Shown here piece by piece: positions 8,023 to 17,557 of a stretch of DNA of 49,631 bases. The stretch is from positions 1-49,631 of IMG/VR virus record IMGVR_UViG_3300033480_000003; one strand, written 5' to 3'. The stretch's first letter is position 1, and the number at the start of each line of letters is the position of its first letter. This DNA comes from a virus (lineage: Duplodnaviria; Caudoviricetes). The notes under the pieces are model-generated. The model worked only from the letters and a program-made list of their open reading frames with translations, did no database searches and was not told the DNA's origin. A program made the position numbers and the translations under genes.

Positions 8023-9414
8023 CTATGGAACGGCGACGCCGTTATCGTAACTGGTGGCGGTGAAACGCCAGCCGCCGACATCTTCAGTGGACGCGCCGCC
8101 CATGACCATTCTGATCTTGTAGTCCACACTGTCGGTGTCAAAGTCGCCCATCATGGGACTGGCTAACCCACCGCCCAGCGCCAACTGCGCAGACGCCCGC
8201 ATGAACAACTGCGGGTCTTCGTAGCCTTGCAGGAAGCCCACCTCCACCGCGTGCCCGTCGTTCAAATCCGCAAACAGGAACCAGCGGGTTTGATAGTTGA
8301 CCGTGTCCCACATGCGGATCATCGGCTCGTAATGCACCTGCATTCGGCTGCGGATTTGGTCAGGCAGAATCGAGATGGTGGGGATATTGCGGTCGTCCGT
8401 CGCCCCCACTGCCATGACCGTCGGGGAGTTCACAATCTGCTCGGCCTTGAACTGCATTTCCCGCGTGGCGACAACCAGGTGAATCGGGTCGTTGCTGAAG
8501 GGCAAGCCCCCGCCGCTATCGTCGGGATAGTTGCCCATCTGACCCAGGATGTAGGCCAGCGCCGCGGCGCTGATGCCGTGCTGGAAGCTGTTGCTGTAGG
8601 TGGTGGTAGTCCCGGCCTCGGTGGTGAAGCTGTGGTTGGTTTTGTACAGGTCGGTGTTCACTCCACCGGCCGCCAGATATAACCCCGCCGCTACGTAGGC
8701 TTCGGTCTGCCGCGCTCTGTAGGCAAAGTCATCGGGCGTTTCCGCGAGTGCGCCCAGGTCGTCGTTGATGAGCGCCTCCCAGAAGATGTTGCGCACGCTG
8801 CCCCGTTTCTCCACGGCGTAACTGTACTTGGCCTCACTAGGCTTGTCGGCTTTGTAGGCTTCGCCTGGTTGCAGCACGCCCAGAATCCCACCGCCGCGCC
8901 CGGCCTTGAAGCGCTTCACGTCGCGGAAATCCATGACGCTCGCCACGTGAATGTAGCTGCGCCAATCAGAATCAATGGCGCGGTACTTCGCCAACAGTAC
9001 CCGGTCGATGGTATCCCCAAAGAGCAAGGGATAGTCATCCGGAGACAGGGCGGCGCGCAGTTGGGCGTGTAGGCCAGCGCTCAGATAGTCATAAGCGCCG
9101 TAGTCGCCCAGATACAGCGATTTCATCAGGTGGCGGGCGCGGGCGTTGGTGAACATCGCCCCATAGGTTTCATAGAACCGCCCGTAAAGTGTGGCTTGCG
9201 CCTGCACCAACGGGGAAACCGGCTGTTGGCGCGCCTCCCACGAGAACTGAAAGCTCTCGCGCTTCCGCCGCATCTGCGAGAGGTTGCGCCCCAGGGGAAC
9301 GCCCTCCCCCTCAGTGAATACACTGCCGTTAGTGGGTAGCCCCTGAAAACGATAGGCATACCCACTGTCGGCGTCAAACAGTTTCGGATCAAAGTTTTCG
9401 CTCATGTTTATCAT
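8023..9414 (-). CDS. Major capsid protein (Mu gpT-like, HK97 fold)
   Basis: DYPLL, V.DFR, Y.VEK.G, WEALINDDLG, WFLFAD, VEVGFL.G...P.L, DFDTD...YKIR motifs; follows scaffold and DUF2190. Confidence 0.85.
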   Translation of the reverse strand: MINMSENFDPKLFDADSGYAYRFQGLPTNGSVFTEGEGVPLGRNLSQMRRKRESFQFSWEARQQPVSPLVQAQATLYGRFYETYGAMFTNARARHLMKSLYLGDYGAYDYLSAGLHAQLRAALSPDDYPLLFGDTIDRVLLAKYRAIDSDWRSYIHVASVMDFRDVKRFKAGRGGGILGVLQPGEAYKADKPSEAKYSYAVEKRGSVRNIFWEALINDDLGALAETPDDFAYRARQTEAYVAAGLYLAAGGVNTDLYKTNHSFTTEAGTTTTYSNSFQHGISAAALAYILGQMGNYPDDSGGGLPFSNDPIHLVVATREMQFKAEQIVNSPTVMAVGATDDRNIPTISILPDQIRSRMQVHYEPMIRMWDTVNYQTRWFLFADLNDGHAVEVGFLQGYEDPQLFMRASAQLALGGGLASPMMGDFDTDSVDYKIRMVMGGASTEDVGGWRFTATSYDNGVAVP

Positions 9415-9420
9415 CCTCCA

Positions 9421-9813
9421 TTAGGCGTGCTTGTAGCCCACCCACTCCACCCAAATGTTAGCGGTAGCCCCGGCGGTGATAGTTTCCAGCGCCATGCCAA
9501 ACTCCGCGCCGTTGGTGGTGTCCTTATTGACGATGGTACTATCCAACGCCAGAATATCACCCACGGCTACCGCGCTGTTGCCGCTGTTGTCCACCGCCGT
9601 CACGGGGAGTTTTTCAGCGAATCCCACCCCAGAGGTTCCTGAGCATTTCCCGGCGGCGTCCCGGTCGGTCTGGGCAAAAGCCACCACCACCCCCCGGCCA
9701 CCCACCAGAAATACATCCCCGCTCACGACCCCAGACGGGCAATCTACATCAAACGTGAAACCGTTGTCTTCACGCATCCCACTGGTTAATTTTGGCCCAG
9801 TTGAATAAGCCAT
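9421..9813 (-). CDS. DUF2190-like capsid cement/decoration protein
   Basis: V.SGD..LVG, AVAVGD, GMALE.....AT...V pattern; position before the MCP. Confidence 0.7.
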   Translation of the reverse strand: MAYSTGPKLTSGMREDNGFTFDVDCPSGVVSGDVFLVGGRGVVVAFAQTDRDAAGKCSGTSGVGFAEKLPVTAVDNSGNSAVAVGDILALDSTIVNKDTTNGAEFGMALETITAGATANIWVEWVGYKHA

Positions 9814-9816
9814 CGT

Positions 9817-11139
9817 TTACCTCCCTCTAGCGGCGGTTTCCGCCATTGCCTCAGTGAAACCGGGAATCATCCGAAAGGCTTCTTTCGCCTGCTCGAAATC
9901 AGATTTCGGCGGCGTGGCGGGCGACAAGGGGACGCCCCCGCCGCTGCCCATCCCGGTGATTTGTCCCGCGCCCGGCGATTTGACCAGCGCGGCCTTTAGC
10001 TTTTGCGCGTATGCCGTCAGCGCCTCAGTTTTGGGTGCGCAGGCTTCCTCCGGCGTTTCCGGCGCGGGGGCGGGTCCCGGCAGCAGCGACTGACACACCG
10101 TCAGCCACGCCTGATGGCTGCACACCAACTCGTCCGGCGTTTCGCCGGCCATGCAGCCCTGATAGGCGTCGCCCCACATGGTTTGCAGCGCGTCGGGGAT
10201 TTGCCCCAAAATTTCCGGCAAATCGGCGGGCGCTTCCGTGGCTTTTTCGGGTTCTGCCGGCGGCGCTTCCTCCCCAGCGGCCTTGAGACGCGCGGCTTCA
10301 GCTTCCAGGAGCGGTTTAAACTCTTTCGGCAAGCCTTGCGCCTCCATCACACGGTCAACAATATTGACCTGCCCCAGCGCCTCGGCGATCTGGGCGTCTA
10401 CCAGTTTCTTCAATTCATCTGGTGTCATAGTTTCCACTCCCTCACTCGGTAATTGTGATTCTTGTAAAGCGGCGCGCCCTCCGGCTGCCGCCGTTGTGAC
10501 TAGATCGTGTGACGTTGCCTGAGTAAAGCGTGTCACGCGAAAACAGCCATCCCCCTCACGCACTCCTTCACCTCCGGCGTTGATGCTCATGTCTCCAATA
10601 ATTCCAGCGCGGATTCTGTCCGCGATCCAGACATCGGGCGGGCTGGCGCTCAGCACCGCCCCCGTGAAACGCATTTCATGCCGCCCGTCATCCCGCCGGT
10701 ATAACGAAAAGTTCTCGGCGGGTGGCATCCGCCCCACTTGCGTCCACACGTCTCCCTCTGGGCGGTCTTTGTCCTCGGTGCGTGACGGGTGGTTGATGCG
10801 GATCGGCTTGTTGGCGAACACCTCCGGCGCGGTCAGCAGCGCCTCACGGGTGTAGTAGTTACGGTTGGCGCTCAACCCCTCAATAATCAGCACGCCATCC
10901 ATTAGCGCGGTGTTGGGCTGCGTGGCTTCCCGGATAGTCAGGCAGGCGGGCGTCGTTTCGTGCAAGGCGGATTCGGTGACGGTTTCGGGGACAGCGGCTT
11001 TCACGGATTCCTCCGCCGGCCACTTCCCCGTTAGCTCGTGTTCTTTCCAGGCGCAGAAACCTTCCGGCGAATCCATCTTGCCCCGCATGGCCTGGACGCA
11101 TCCCGCAAAATCCCCACCCGGTAAACCGTTAATGGGCAT
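9817..11139 (-). CDS. Prohead protease/scaffold with internal ChaB-like segment
   Basis: G.S.NRNYY..EAL, INHP, D.SINA, DLVT.AA.GG protease motifs; low-complexity C-terminal half. Confidence 0.75.
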   Translation of the reverse strand: MPINGLPGGDFAGCVQAMRGKMDSPEGFCAWKEHELTGKWPAEESVKAAVPETVTESALHETTPACLTIREATQPNTALMDGVLIIEGLSANRNYYTREALLTAPEVFANKPIRINHPSRTEDKDRPEGDVWTQVGRMPPAENFSLYRRDDGRHEMRFTGAVLSASPPDVWIADRIRAGIIGDMSINAGGEGVREGDGCFRVTRFTQATSHDLVTTAAAGGRAALQESQLPSEGVETMTPDELKKLVDAQIAEALGQVNIVDRVMEAQGLPKEFKPLLEAEAARLKAAGEEAPPAEPEKATEAPADLPEILGQIPDALQTMWGDAYQGCMAGETPDELVCSHQAWLTVCQSLLPGPAPAPETPEEACAPKTEALTAYAQKLKAALVKSPGAGQITGMGSGGGVPLSPATPPKSDFEQAKEAFRMIPGFTEAMAETAARGR

Positions 11140-11413
11140 GGGCGACTCGCTTTTGGCGGGGGCGCGGCAAGGCTTCGCTATCCGCCAACGTCACGGGCGG
11201 CGCGGTAAAACTCACGACGTCCGAGGCTTCCACTAGGCGCGTTACAGCAGCTTCGAGGGGCTTAACCAATGCCTGATAGAGCGTGACCACGCCTGACCCC
11301 GGCATTTGTACCACGGCGACGCCACCTTGCAGTTGCCAACCCTCGGCAATCGCTTTCTCAATTGCTCCGCAGAATTGAACTTCGTAATTGCTTTTGATAA
11401 CTCGGTAATTCAT
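11129..11413 (-). CDS. DUF1737-like small protein
   Basis: Y.VI, I.EGWQLQGGV, YQALVK motif. Confidence 0.6.
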   Translation of the reverse strand: MNYRVIKSNYEVQFCGAIEKAIAEGWQLQGGVAVVQMPGSGVVTLYQALVKPLEAAVTRLVEASDVVSFTAPPVTLADSEALPRPRQKRVAHAH

Positions 11414-11421
11414 TTTTTACC

Positions 11422-11745
11422 TCAACTGATGTAGAGCAGGTCTACACCCTCCAAGTTGATCGCCGCGTCAATGTAAAAATCAACCAGGTCAACCCGGTTA
11501 CCGTGCGGCGGGGTAATGGTGACGCTATCCCCGGCGCTCAGGATCACTTGCTGTGAGGTTGTTTTGTCCACGGCGCTGTCCCCGAAGTAGATCGCGCCCG
11601 TGTTAGCGTTTTTGGCGCGCACATACAGCATGTATACCGGCGTGCTGGCGGCGACCAGCGGTACTGCCGTCCCGGAAGTCGTGACCGTTTTACTGCCGCC
11701 ATGCGGTCTGAGGCGTTGCCCGATAGTGTCAATTCCACCTGCCAT
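11422..11745 (-). CDS. Small jelly-roll virion protein (possible head decoration)
   Basis: TV..SGTAV.L, VRA...NTG.IY.G, L.AGDS pattern. Confidence 0.5.
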   Translation of the reverse strand: MAGGIDTIGQRLRPHGGSKTVTTSGTAVPLVAASTPVYMLYVRAKNANTGAIYFGDSAVDKTTSQQVILSAGDSVTITPPHGNRVDLVDFYIDAAINLEGVDLLYIS

Positions 11746-12492
11746 TTAATCCTCCACTACATGCCCGATAACTAACGCCGTGGCAGACGTTAACCCGGTG
11801 AGGTTGTCTTGCACGATCAGTTGAATTTGATCCTCATGATCCCCGTCCAGGCGAATCACTACCCCCGCGTTCTCTTGTCCGCCCAGATGACAGACTGCCG
11901 AGAAGCCGTAACTGCCAGCAGGGGCTTTTAGCGCATATTCCCCGGAACACGTCAGGCGCAGTTGCCCATTCGTTTTGACGTTGCCTACGGCATAGACGAC
12001 GCCGCTATGCGTATACTGCAATACCAGGCCATTGGTCAAAGCCGCCAGTGCGCCGAACTTGCTGTCATCCATTTCGGCATTGTCAGTGATCCCGATGCGC
12101 ACCTGAGTTACATCCATGCGCGATCCCGCTGCCGCCCCGATGCGAAAGGTGACCGGGTTGCTGCTGCCGTCTACGTTCATGGCGCTGCTGCCGTAGTTGA
12201 TAACGGCGGCGGCGGTAAACGCATAATCGAACGGCGTGTCGGTGGTTAACGTCGGCGCGCCCGCAATGCTCAGGACGGCGGCCTGAAACTGCCGCCCGGC
12301 CTGCTTGATGCACAGGATATGACCGGCTTGCACTCCGGTGGCGTCCGTCACGGTCATGACCCGCGCCCCGACACTGACGGTTGCGGCCAGCGTCAGGGTG
12401 CCGGCGGGGTTGAAGAACTTCAACACCCGCAGGGGCGTCGTTTGGTCTTGTAAAGCCGCGTCCGTGCGGCGGTAGTTAATCGCAATCCCCAT
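11746..12492 (-). CDS. Putative virion structural protein
   Basis: MNVDGS..PV.F, FGALAALTNG, I.L.VQDNL; beta-rich; head module. Confidence 0.5.
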   Translation of the reverse strand: MGIAINYRRTDAALQDQTTPLRVLKFFNPAGTLTLAATVSVGARVMTVTDATGVQAGHILCIKQAGRQFQAAVLSIAGAPTLTTDTPFDYAFTAAAVINYGSSAMNVDGSSNPVTFRIGAAAGSRMDVTQVRIGITDNAEMDDSKFGALAALTNGLVLQYTHSGVVYAVGNVKTNGQLRLTCSGEYALKAPAGSYGFSAVCHLGGQENAGVVIRLDGDHEDQIQLIVQDNLTGLTSATALVIGHVVED

Positions 12493-12504
12493 CGTACCCC
12501 CTAG

Positions 12505-12546
12505 AAACGCAAAACGGCGCGCACCTCATAACGAGGTACGCGCCGT
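12505..12546 (-). terminator. Intrinsic terminator-like hairpin
   Basis: - strand acggcgcgtacctc-gttat-gaggtgcgcgccgt followed by tttgcgttt. Confidence 0.55.
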
Positions 12547-12570
12547 GGTTAAGGTCAAGCCTTGTCCTGG

Positions 12571-12762
12571 CTAGTTTTCGATCTTGCCGATCTGGATGAT
12601 TGTCCAGTCGGGTCTGGTGGTCAGGGTCAGGGTAATCTGATAACGATACCCGCGTTCTAACCCCCACAAGCGCCGCGCCAACTTCACGATCCAATCCGGG
12701 ATAGGCGTCTCTGCTTTCATTGTATACGCAAAGTCGGCGGGTGTCAATGGTTCACTCGTCAT
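12571..12762 (-). CDS. Hypothetical protein
   Basis: ORF overlapping its neighbour in the operon. Confidence 0.55.
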   Translation of the reverse strand: MTSEPLTPADFAYTMKAETPIPDWIVKLARRLWGLERGYRYQITLTLTTRPDWTIIQIGKIEN

Positions 12763-12973
12763 GGTGATTGTTTTGCCGTAGACTGCACCACACTACGAAA
12801 GCCGCTGCCGCTATCAGCAAGAGCGCCAACGCCAGCGCCCAGGTATCGGCGGCGGCCACGACTGCCTGGACGCTACAAACTCCCGGCGCGTCCGGCCAGG
12901 GCAACGGTGAGATAAACGGCGTGCGTGTGGGCAGGTAGTGGCCCACCCACGAGGGAATGGTGGGGGTAGGCAT
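12752..12973 (-). CDS. Small membrane protein
   Basis: Pro-rich N-terminus, one hydrophobic helix. Confidence 0.55.
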   Translation of the reverse strand: MPTPTIPSWVGHYLPTRTPFISPLPWPDAPGVCSVQAVVAAADTWALALALLLIAAAAFVVWCSLRQNNHHDE

Positions 12974-13170
12974 CAGGCCACCTCCGCTGTGTCAGGGATA
13001 GGTACGTACATACGTTGTAACTCGGCGCTGTCTATGTAGTATACCGCGCCGTCGCCATAAACCTTGTAGCTGCCGAAGGCGGTATGAATGGTAATGGCCG
13101 CCCCCGTGTTATCGCAGATGTCAACCTCCAACGCATCGCATGTCGTCAGGTTTGAAAATGACGCTTTCAT
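12973..13170 (-). CDS. Hypothetical protein
   Basis: Coupled start/stop with neighbours, GGAGG RBS. Confidence 0.55.
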   Translation of the reverse strand: MKASFSNLTTCDALEVDICDNTGAAITIHTAFGSYKVYGDGAVYYIDSAELQRMYVPIPDTAEVA

Positions 13171-13865
13171 CTCGCCTCCCGATACAACGCGCAGGCAGCG
13201 TTGCCCGATTCCTCAGAAATCCAAATGCCGTTGGATTTGCGGTACTTGAGCGGATTCCAGCGTTCCGCCCGACAGAGGCAGTTGTCACAGTGTTCTGCCG
13301 GGGTCAGACGCCAATAGCAATCGTACTCAGTCGGTGATTGCTTTTTGATTTCCCAATGGCAGAGACAGTATACCAGGCACTGCGTCGACCCGTCACGGGG
13401 TTCAGCGGGCAGCGCGGGCAAGCCAGTGTCCACCCGTTGCGCGGCTTCCCACGCCTGGCGATACAGCCCCATCAGGCTCTCGGCATACATCCGCGCGCGC
13501 ATGTCGCCACCCGGTAACGCGCTGCTTTGTTTGATCTCGCCGAACCAACGGGACAGGTGTGCTTGCTGATTGGTCATGTACTCGGCGATCAGTTCCTGCG
13601 GGTACTTCCCCGCCACGCCGCCGCCGGCCTGCCAGCCCAGATCGGCGATCTGATGGGCAAACCGCCGCAGCATCCCCGATACCCGCGCCCGGAAATTCAA
13701 GCGCGCCGTCGGGGAAAACTTGCTGTTCTTCAACACGTTGGCGGCGTCCGTCACGTACTGCGCGCCCTGGCTAACCAGCGCCAATGCCTGAGCGCGGAAG
13801 GTTTCAGCTTCCATCAGGCGCACGAGGCGCAGAGCCTCAAGCAGGGCAGCGCGGTCAGTGGTCAT
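13167..13865 (-). CDS. MuF-like minor head protein
   Basis: RARMYA, P.DGSTQC..YC.C and AEHC..C motifs; start MTTDRA at 13865 preferred (ATGA overlap). Confidence 0.6.
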   Translation of the reverse strand: MTTDRAALLEALRLVRLMEAETFRAQALALVSQGAQYVTDAANVLKNSKFSPTARLNFRARVSGMLRRFAHQIADLGWQAGGGVAGKYPQELIAEYMTNQQAHLSRWFGEIKQSSALPGGDMRARMYAESLMGLYRQAWEAAQRVDTGLPALPAEPRDGSTQCLVYCLCHWEIKKQSPTEYDCYWRLTPAEHCDNCLCRAERWNPLKYRKSNGIWISEESGNAACALYREAR

Positions 13866-14161
13866 GCCGGATAATCCGCCGTCATGTGGAAATCCACATC
13901 CGCCTTGAACACGATGGAAACAAAGCATTTTCCGGTTTCCTGGTCGTAGTCCAGCGTAAACCCCGCGCACTCGATTTCTTGATCGGCGGCGTCATAGATG
14001 TGCGGCACTCCCGCCACGTCGCTCCGAATTGATACTTTCCGCGTGTTGGGCGTCGCCGGGGCTAACCATGTGTCAAACGTCTCCGGGGCTAACATGCGTC
14101 CCGCGGCCAGGGCGGATAGCGCGCCATCCGCAGACTCGGTATCAGTTGAAAAAAAGTTCAT
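13862..14161 (-). CDS. Hypothetical protein
   Basis: GGAGG RBS, overlapping stops/starts. Confidence 0.55.
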   Translation of the reverse strand: MNFFSTDTESADGALSALAAGRMLAPETFDTWLAPATPNTRKVSIRSDVAGVPHIYDAADQEIECAGFTLDYDQETGKCFVSIVFKADVDFHMTADYPA

Positions 14162-14448
14162 TTCAAAACCTCCAAAAAAATCCGTGATATATCCGTGTCA
14201 TCGGTGCTTATATCCAATATACGCTGGACGATGCCGTCTTTTATGTCATGTGTGTCTATGAAAAAAGCAATCTCAATCTCTGGTATGTGTACAAACGCGC
14301 ACCAGTGATCAGCAATGTTTTGGACAAACACCGTGCGCATTTTGCCCAAGACGTTTATTTGTTTTCCGTCAAGAGAAACAACTGCCGATTGCGAGTAGTC
14401 ATGGTTTATATTTGATTCGCACAGAATACACAGATCGCCAACTTTCAT
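14158..14448 (-). CDS. Hypothetical protein (AT-rich insert)
   Basis: AGGAGG RBS, coupled ORF. Confidence 0.55.
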   Translation of the reverse strand: MKVGDLCILCESNINHDYSQSAVVSLDGKQINVLGKMRTVFVQNIADHWCAFVHIPEIEIAFFIDTHDIKDGIVQRILDISTDDTDISRIFLEVLK

Positions 14449-14459
14449 TTTAAAGCCTC

Positions 14460-14630
14460 CTAGACTCCGGCGCTAACAGTATATCGGGTCATCCCTGAAG
14501 TTATTGCCTGGATTTCAACATTCATGTATTCTATAGCTATCTCTGTTTTTTGTTCACCTGTATATGCATGTGCCACAAAATGCTTTTTGCCGTCTGAATC
14601 TTCTGTTATCTCAATCTCTATCTCGATCAT
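14460..14630 (-). CDS. Hypothetical 56-aa protein (not in ORF track)
   Basis: MIEIEIEITEDSDGKKHFVAHAY...VSAGV*, GGAGG RBS, ATGA overlap with the upstream stop. Confidence 0.55.
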   Translation of the reverse strand: MIEIEIEITEDSDGKKHFVAHAYTGEQKTEIAIEYMNVEIQAITSGMTRYTVSAGV

Positions 14631-15136
14631 TTCAAATCCTCCCTATCAGTCTTACTCGGTATATCTATGTTCAGTATATCGCCTCCAAAAAGCGATATCG
14701 GCTTTATTGTCCTACTGTCCAGAATATCCCCGTTTTCAAAAACATAAACACAAGTTATAGTGTCCCGGACATTTGTGATTTTGCCTTTTATGGATTTTGT
14801 CCCGTCAGGCCATTCTGCGCAAAGCGATTCTTTGGCCTGGTAGTACTTCTTGCTTTCTTCAGAATACACAAACAGTTCTGGGTATGCCAGCACGGGCGGG
14901 GTATCATATCCGGGATCTATAACATGGGGTGTCTGCTTCACGGGTTGGTAAACAGCCCGTGAATATAAATATTCGTACTCAACTGCCAACTCTGGAAAAT
15001 GTTCCCTGATAAAATCCAAAAAAACTGTATCGTCTGGCCCGATGCCCTCAGATTGGCATACATCGGACATTCCTAAAATGACTCTTGCAATATCTGCATC
15101 TACCGCCAACATTGCAACACGCTTTTTTTCAGTCAC
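14627..15136 (-). CDS. Hypothetical protein (AT-rich insert)
   Basis: Overlaps the portal stop; RBS GAGGAGG. Confidence 0.55.
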   Translation of the reverse strand: MTEKKRVAMLAVDADIARVILGMSDVCQSEGIGPDDTVFLDFIREHFPELAVEYEYLYSRAVYQPVKQTPHVIDPGYDTPPVLAYPELFVYSEESKKYYQAKESLCAEWPDGTKSIKGKITNVRDTITCVYVFENGDILDSRTIKPISLFGGDILNIDIPSKTDREDLK

Positions 15137-16931
15137 CTAACGCCTCCTCAATTCGCAGTCTGAGCGCCTCGATCTTGTCGGCGGCGCTATCGGGGAAGCC
15201 CTGCGCGGGCAGCGGCCCTACGGCGGGGACTTTGTCTAATGTCAATTCGGCCAGGGCGGTAGCGATGTCCTGCTCCCCAAACGCCTGGAGGATGTAGCGG
15301 GCGATGCGCTCCGGGGCAATGTAGGCAGTGCCGGCGGCGCTTTCCGCGCTGATAAGTTGCGCTATGGCGGAAATAAAGCCGGGCAAATCCTTCTCGACAA
15401 TTGGCGGGAAATCCAATTCGAAGCCCAGATCGCGGGGTTCGCCTGAGGGAGTGACGGCGGACAGCGCGCCGTATTTCACGGCCTGGTTGATCCCGAACTC
15501 GACGCTGTCTTTTACGATACTCTCAAAATTTTTCTGCCACCACTCGAAGCCCTTTTGCTGTGGGCCGTCCATCGCCTGCGCCGTGGCCAGATTCCCGATC
15601 ATGGGATTGCCATTCAGGTTGGGAAGCGTGATGTCTACGCCGCTAGAAATCCCCATCTGAATCATATAGTCGTCGTTTATGGCGTTGGACGATCCGGTGT
15701 CTACCGCCATCTGCTCCAACTGCGCGGATTCATTTTGCAACAGCACCCGCCCGCCTGGAGCGCGTTCCTGGTCGGCGCGGCGCGTGGGCGTGTCCTGATA
15801 GCGCCCGAAGATCGTGCTGCCCCACTGGGACAGCATCCGCTGCACCTGTGAGGTTGAGCCTTTGACGTTTTGCTTCCAGGCGAAAGTAGCCAACGCAATC
15901 AGCAGCACGATCCGATCTTGCATGTAGCCTTTTCGCGCCTTGACGTAGGCAAACGCCGAGTAAAAAGCAGGCATACCGCGCAGGCCGCGCGTGTTGGTCT
16001 TGTATTGGTGCATGTATTGCCTAGTAATTGCGTCCCCCACCGTGCTGTGCTCCGTCCCGGTGTAGGACACAAAGCGCAAGTTGTCGGATTCGCGCAGGTC
16101 AGCACCACAACCAGCGCAAACCGCCGCGCCCGTCACCGCCTGCCCACAGCGCGCGCACTCGTGCACCGTCGGCAAGTCGGCGGGTTGCGCTTCGGGGCAG
16201 CCCCAGTCGGGCCAGTAGTCTTGCCGGACGCCCGGCGCGCTGTAGGCGTGCGCTTGCCAGTTCCAGACTTGCGGCGACCAGGTACGTTGATAGTAGATGG
16301 GCTTGCGGCGATTTTGCGGGTGAGTGATGACCTGCTCGATCTCGTCGGTTAGGACGCACGAGAATTTAACGCCGCCCGTCAGGGTGTTCACAAACACGGT
16401 CAGAAAGATTTCGCCGTCCTCAATTAGCACCTGGGACAGTTCCCACTGCCCCGTGATGCGAAACAGCAGATCGTTGTCCTTGTCGCCGGTCATAGCATCA
16501 ATGACGGCCTGGACTTCGGGGTCTTTGGAGCGCGGCCCAACGATGCCGCGCCCCCACACGTAACGGATTACCAACCATACCGCCCGATGCAGCAGCGGGT
16601 CATGTAGGGAATAGTAGCGCGAGGCTCTGACGGCGTCCTGCCGCACGTAGGGCAGTTCCGATACCCCGGCGTAGTACGTCGGCGCGAGGCGCTGCCAACC
16701 AGGTTCCTCTAGCTCATCGGAGACAGACTCACGCACTGGGGCGGTTTCCCGCTCAGCGCGTTGCTCCCAGTAGCGCGTCAGGGATTGCGGGGAAGTGTCG
16801 CCGGTTTCGGCTTGGAAGCGGGAAACGTCTTCCTGGTAAAAGGCAATTTGCGCCAACAGTTGCTCGAAGCCCCGGCGACTGGACGGCGGCAGCACCCTCC
16901 AAGCCAGCCATTGTTTCAGTTTTTCTAACAT
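15129..16931 (-). CDS. Portal protein
   Basis: 600 aa after TerL; DPL..RA, DGE.F, EI..VIT.P, RG.P, GNLATA..M..P, F.L.FP.I motifs. Confidence 0.85.
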   Translation of the reverse strand: MLEKLKQWLAWRVLPPSSRRGFEQLLAQIAFYQEDVSRFQAETGDTSPQSLTRYWEQRAERETAPVRESVSDELEEPGWQRLAPTYYAGVSELPYVRQDAVRASRYYSLHDPLLHRAVWLVIRYVWGRGIVGPRSKDPEVQAVIDAMTGDKDNDLLFRITGQWELSQVLIEDGEIFLTVFVNTLTGGVKFSCVLTDEIEQVITHPQNRRKPIYYQRTWSPQVWNWQAHAYSAPGVRQDYWPDWGCPEAQPADLPTVHECARCGQAVTGAAVCAGCGADLRESDNLRFVSYTGTEHSTVGDAITRQYMHQYKTNTRGLRGMPAFYSAFAYVKARKGYMQDRIVLLIALATFAWKQNVKGSTSQVQRMLSQWGSTIFGRYQDTPTRRADQERAPGGRVLLQNESAQLEQMAVDTGSSNAINDDYMIQMGISSGVDITLPNLNGNPMIGNLATAQAMDGPQQKGFEWWQKNFESIVKDSVEFGINQAVKYGALSAVTPSGEPRDLGFELDFPPIVEKDLPGFISAIAQLISAESAAGTAYIAPERIARYILQAFGEQDIATALAELTLDKVPAVGPLPAQGFPDSAADKIEALRLRIEEALGD

Positions 16932-17133
16932 CAGTATATACCTCCAAAATTATCGCCAACGATCCCAACTATCTCATTCAATCTGAAAATACCGGAAATG
17001 TTCCCCGCACCATCTATGAAATATAAAATGATTTGATTAACTGTGTAATCACCAAGAGTCTCGCCAAATTTATATTCTTGCGCCTGCAATTTTATGGCCC
17101 GACCACCTATCAAAATCACTGTGAAAACAGTCA
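16931..17133 (-). CDS. Hypothetical protein
   Basis: Probable start MTVFTV near 17133; AT-rich. Confidence 0.45.
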
Positions 17134-17136
17134 TAA

Positions 17137-17325
17137 TCACCCCATATTCATAAAATGTAATGACACGGCATAGGCTGCAACCGCTGCGAGTATGCCGGCG
17201 ACCACAATGAGCAGCCAGGCCAGCAGCCGCCAACGTTCCTCGAGGACGCCCAGATGGTAAAGCAGCGTCTCACGGTAAGCGTCCATCATAATGCTTCCCG
17301 TGCCGCAAGCCGCGTTTCCGGGCAT
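17137..17325 (-). CDS. Small membrane protein
   Basis: One hydrophobic helix; start uncertain. Confidence 0.45.
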   Translation of the reverse strand: MPGNAACGTGSIMMDAYRETLLYHLGVLEERWRLLAWLLIVVAGILAAVAAYAVSLHFMNMG

Positions 17326-17557
17326 ACTCGGCGCGCTCGGCGGCGGTCAGTTTTTGCAGTTGGCGGTAGGACAGTTTGGGATCGTCGCCCCCGCTGAGCA
17401 AATCCGCCAACGCGCCGAGTTCGTTAAACGCCGGTGTCAATTTATCGGAGATGATGGCAGCGATTGTATTGGCTGCCGATACCCAGCGATCTAGCACTGC
17501 ACGCGCGGAACTGTCGGCGTCAGTGCCCGAACTGAATTTTGTGTTATCGGTTTCCAT
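17270..17557 (-). CDS. Hypothetical protein
   Basis: Start overlaps the TerL stop. Confidence 0.5.
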   Translation of the reverse strand: METDNTKFSSGTDADSSARAVLDRWVSAANTIAAIISDKLTPAFNELGALADLLSGGDDPKLSYRQLQKLTAAERAEYARKRGLRHGKHYDGRLP

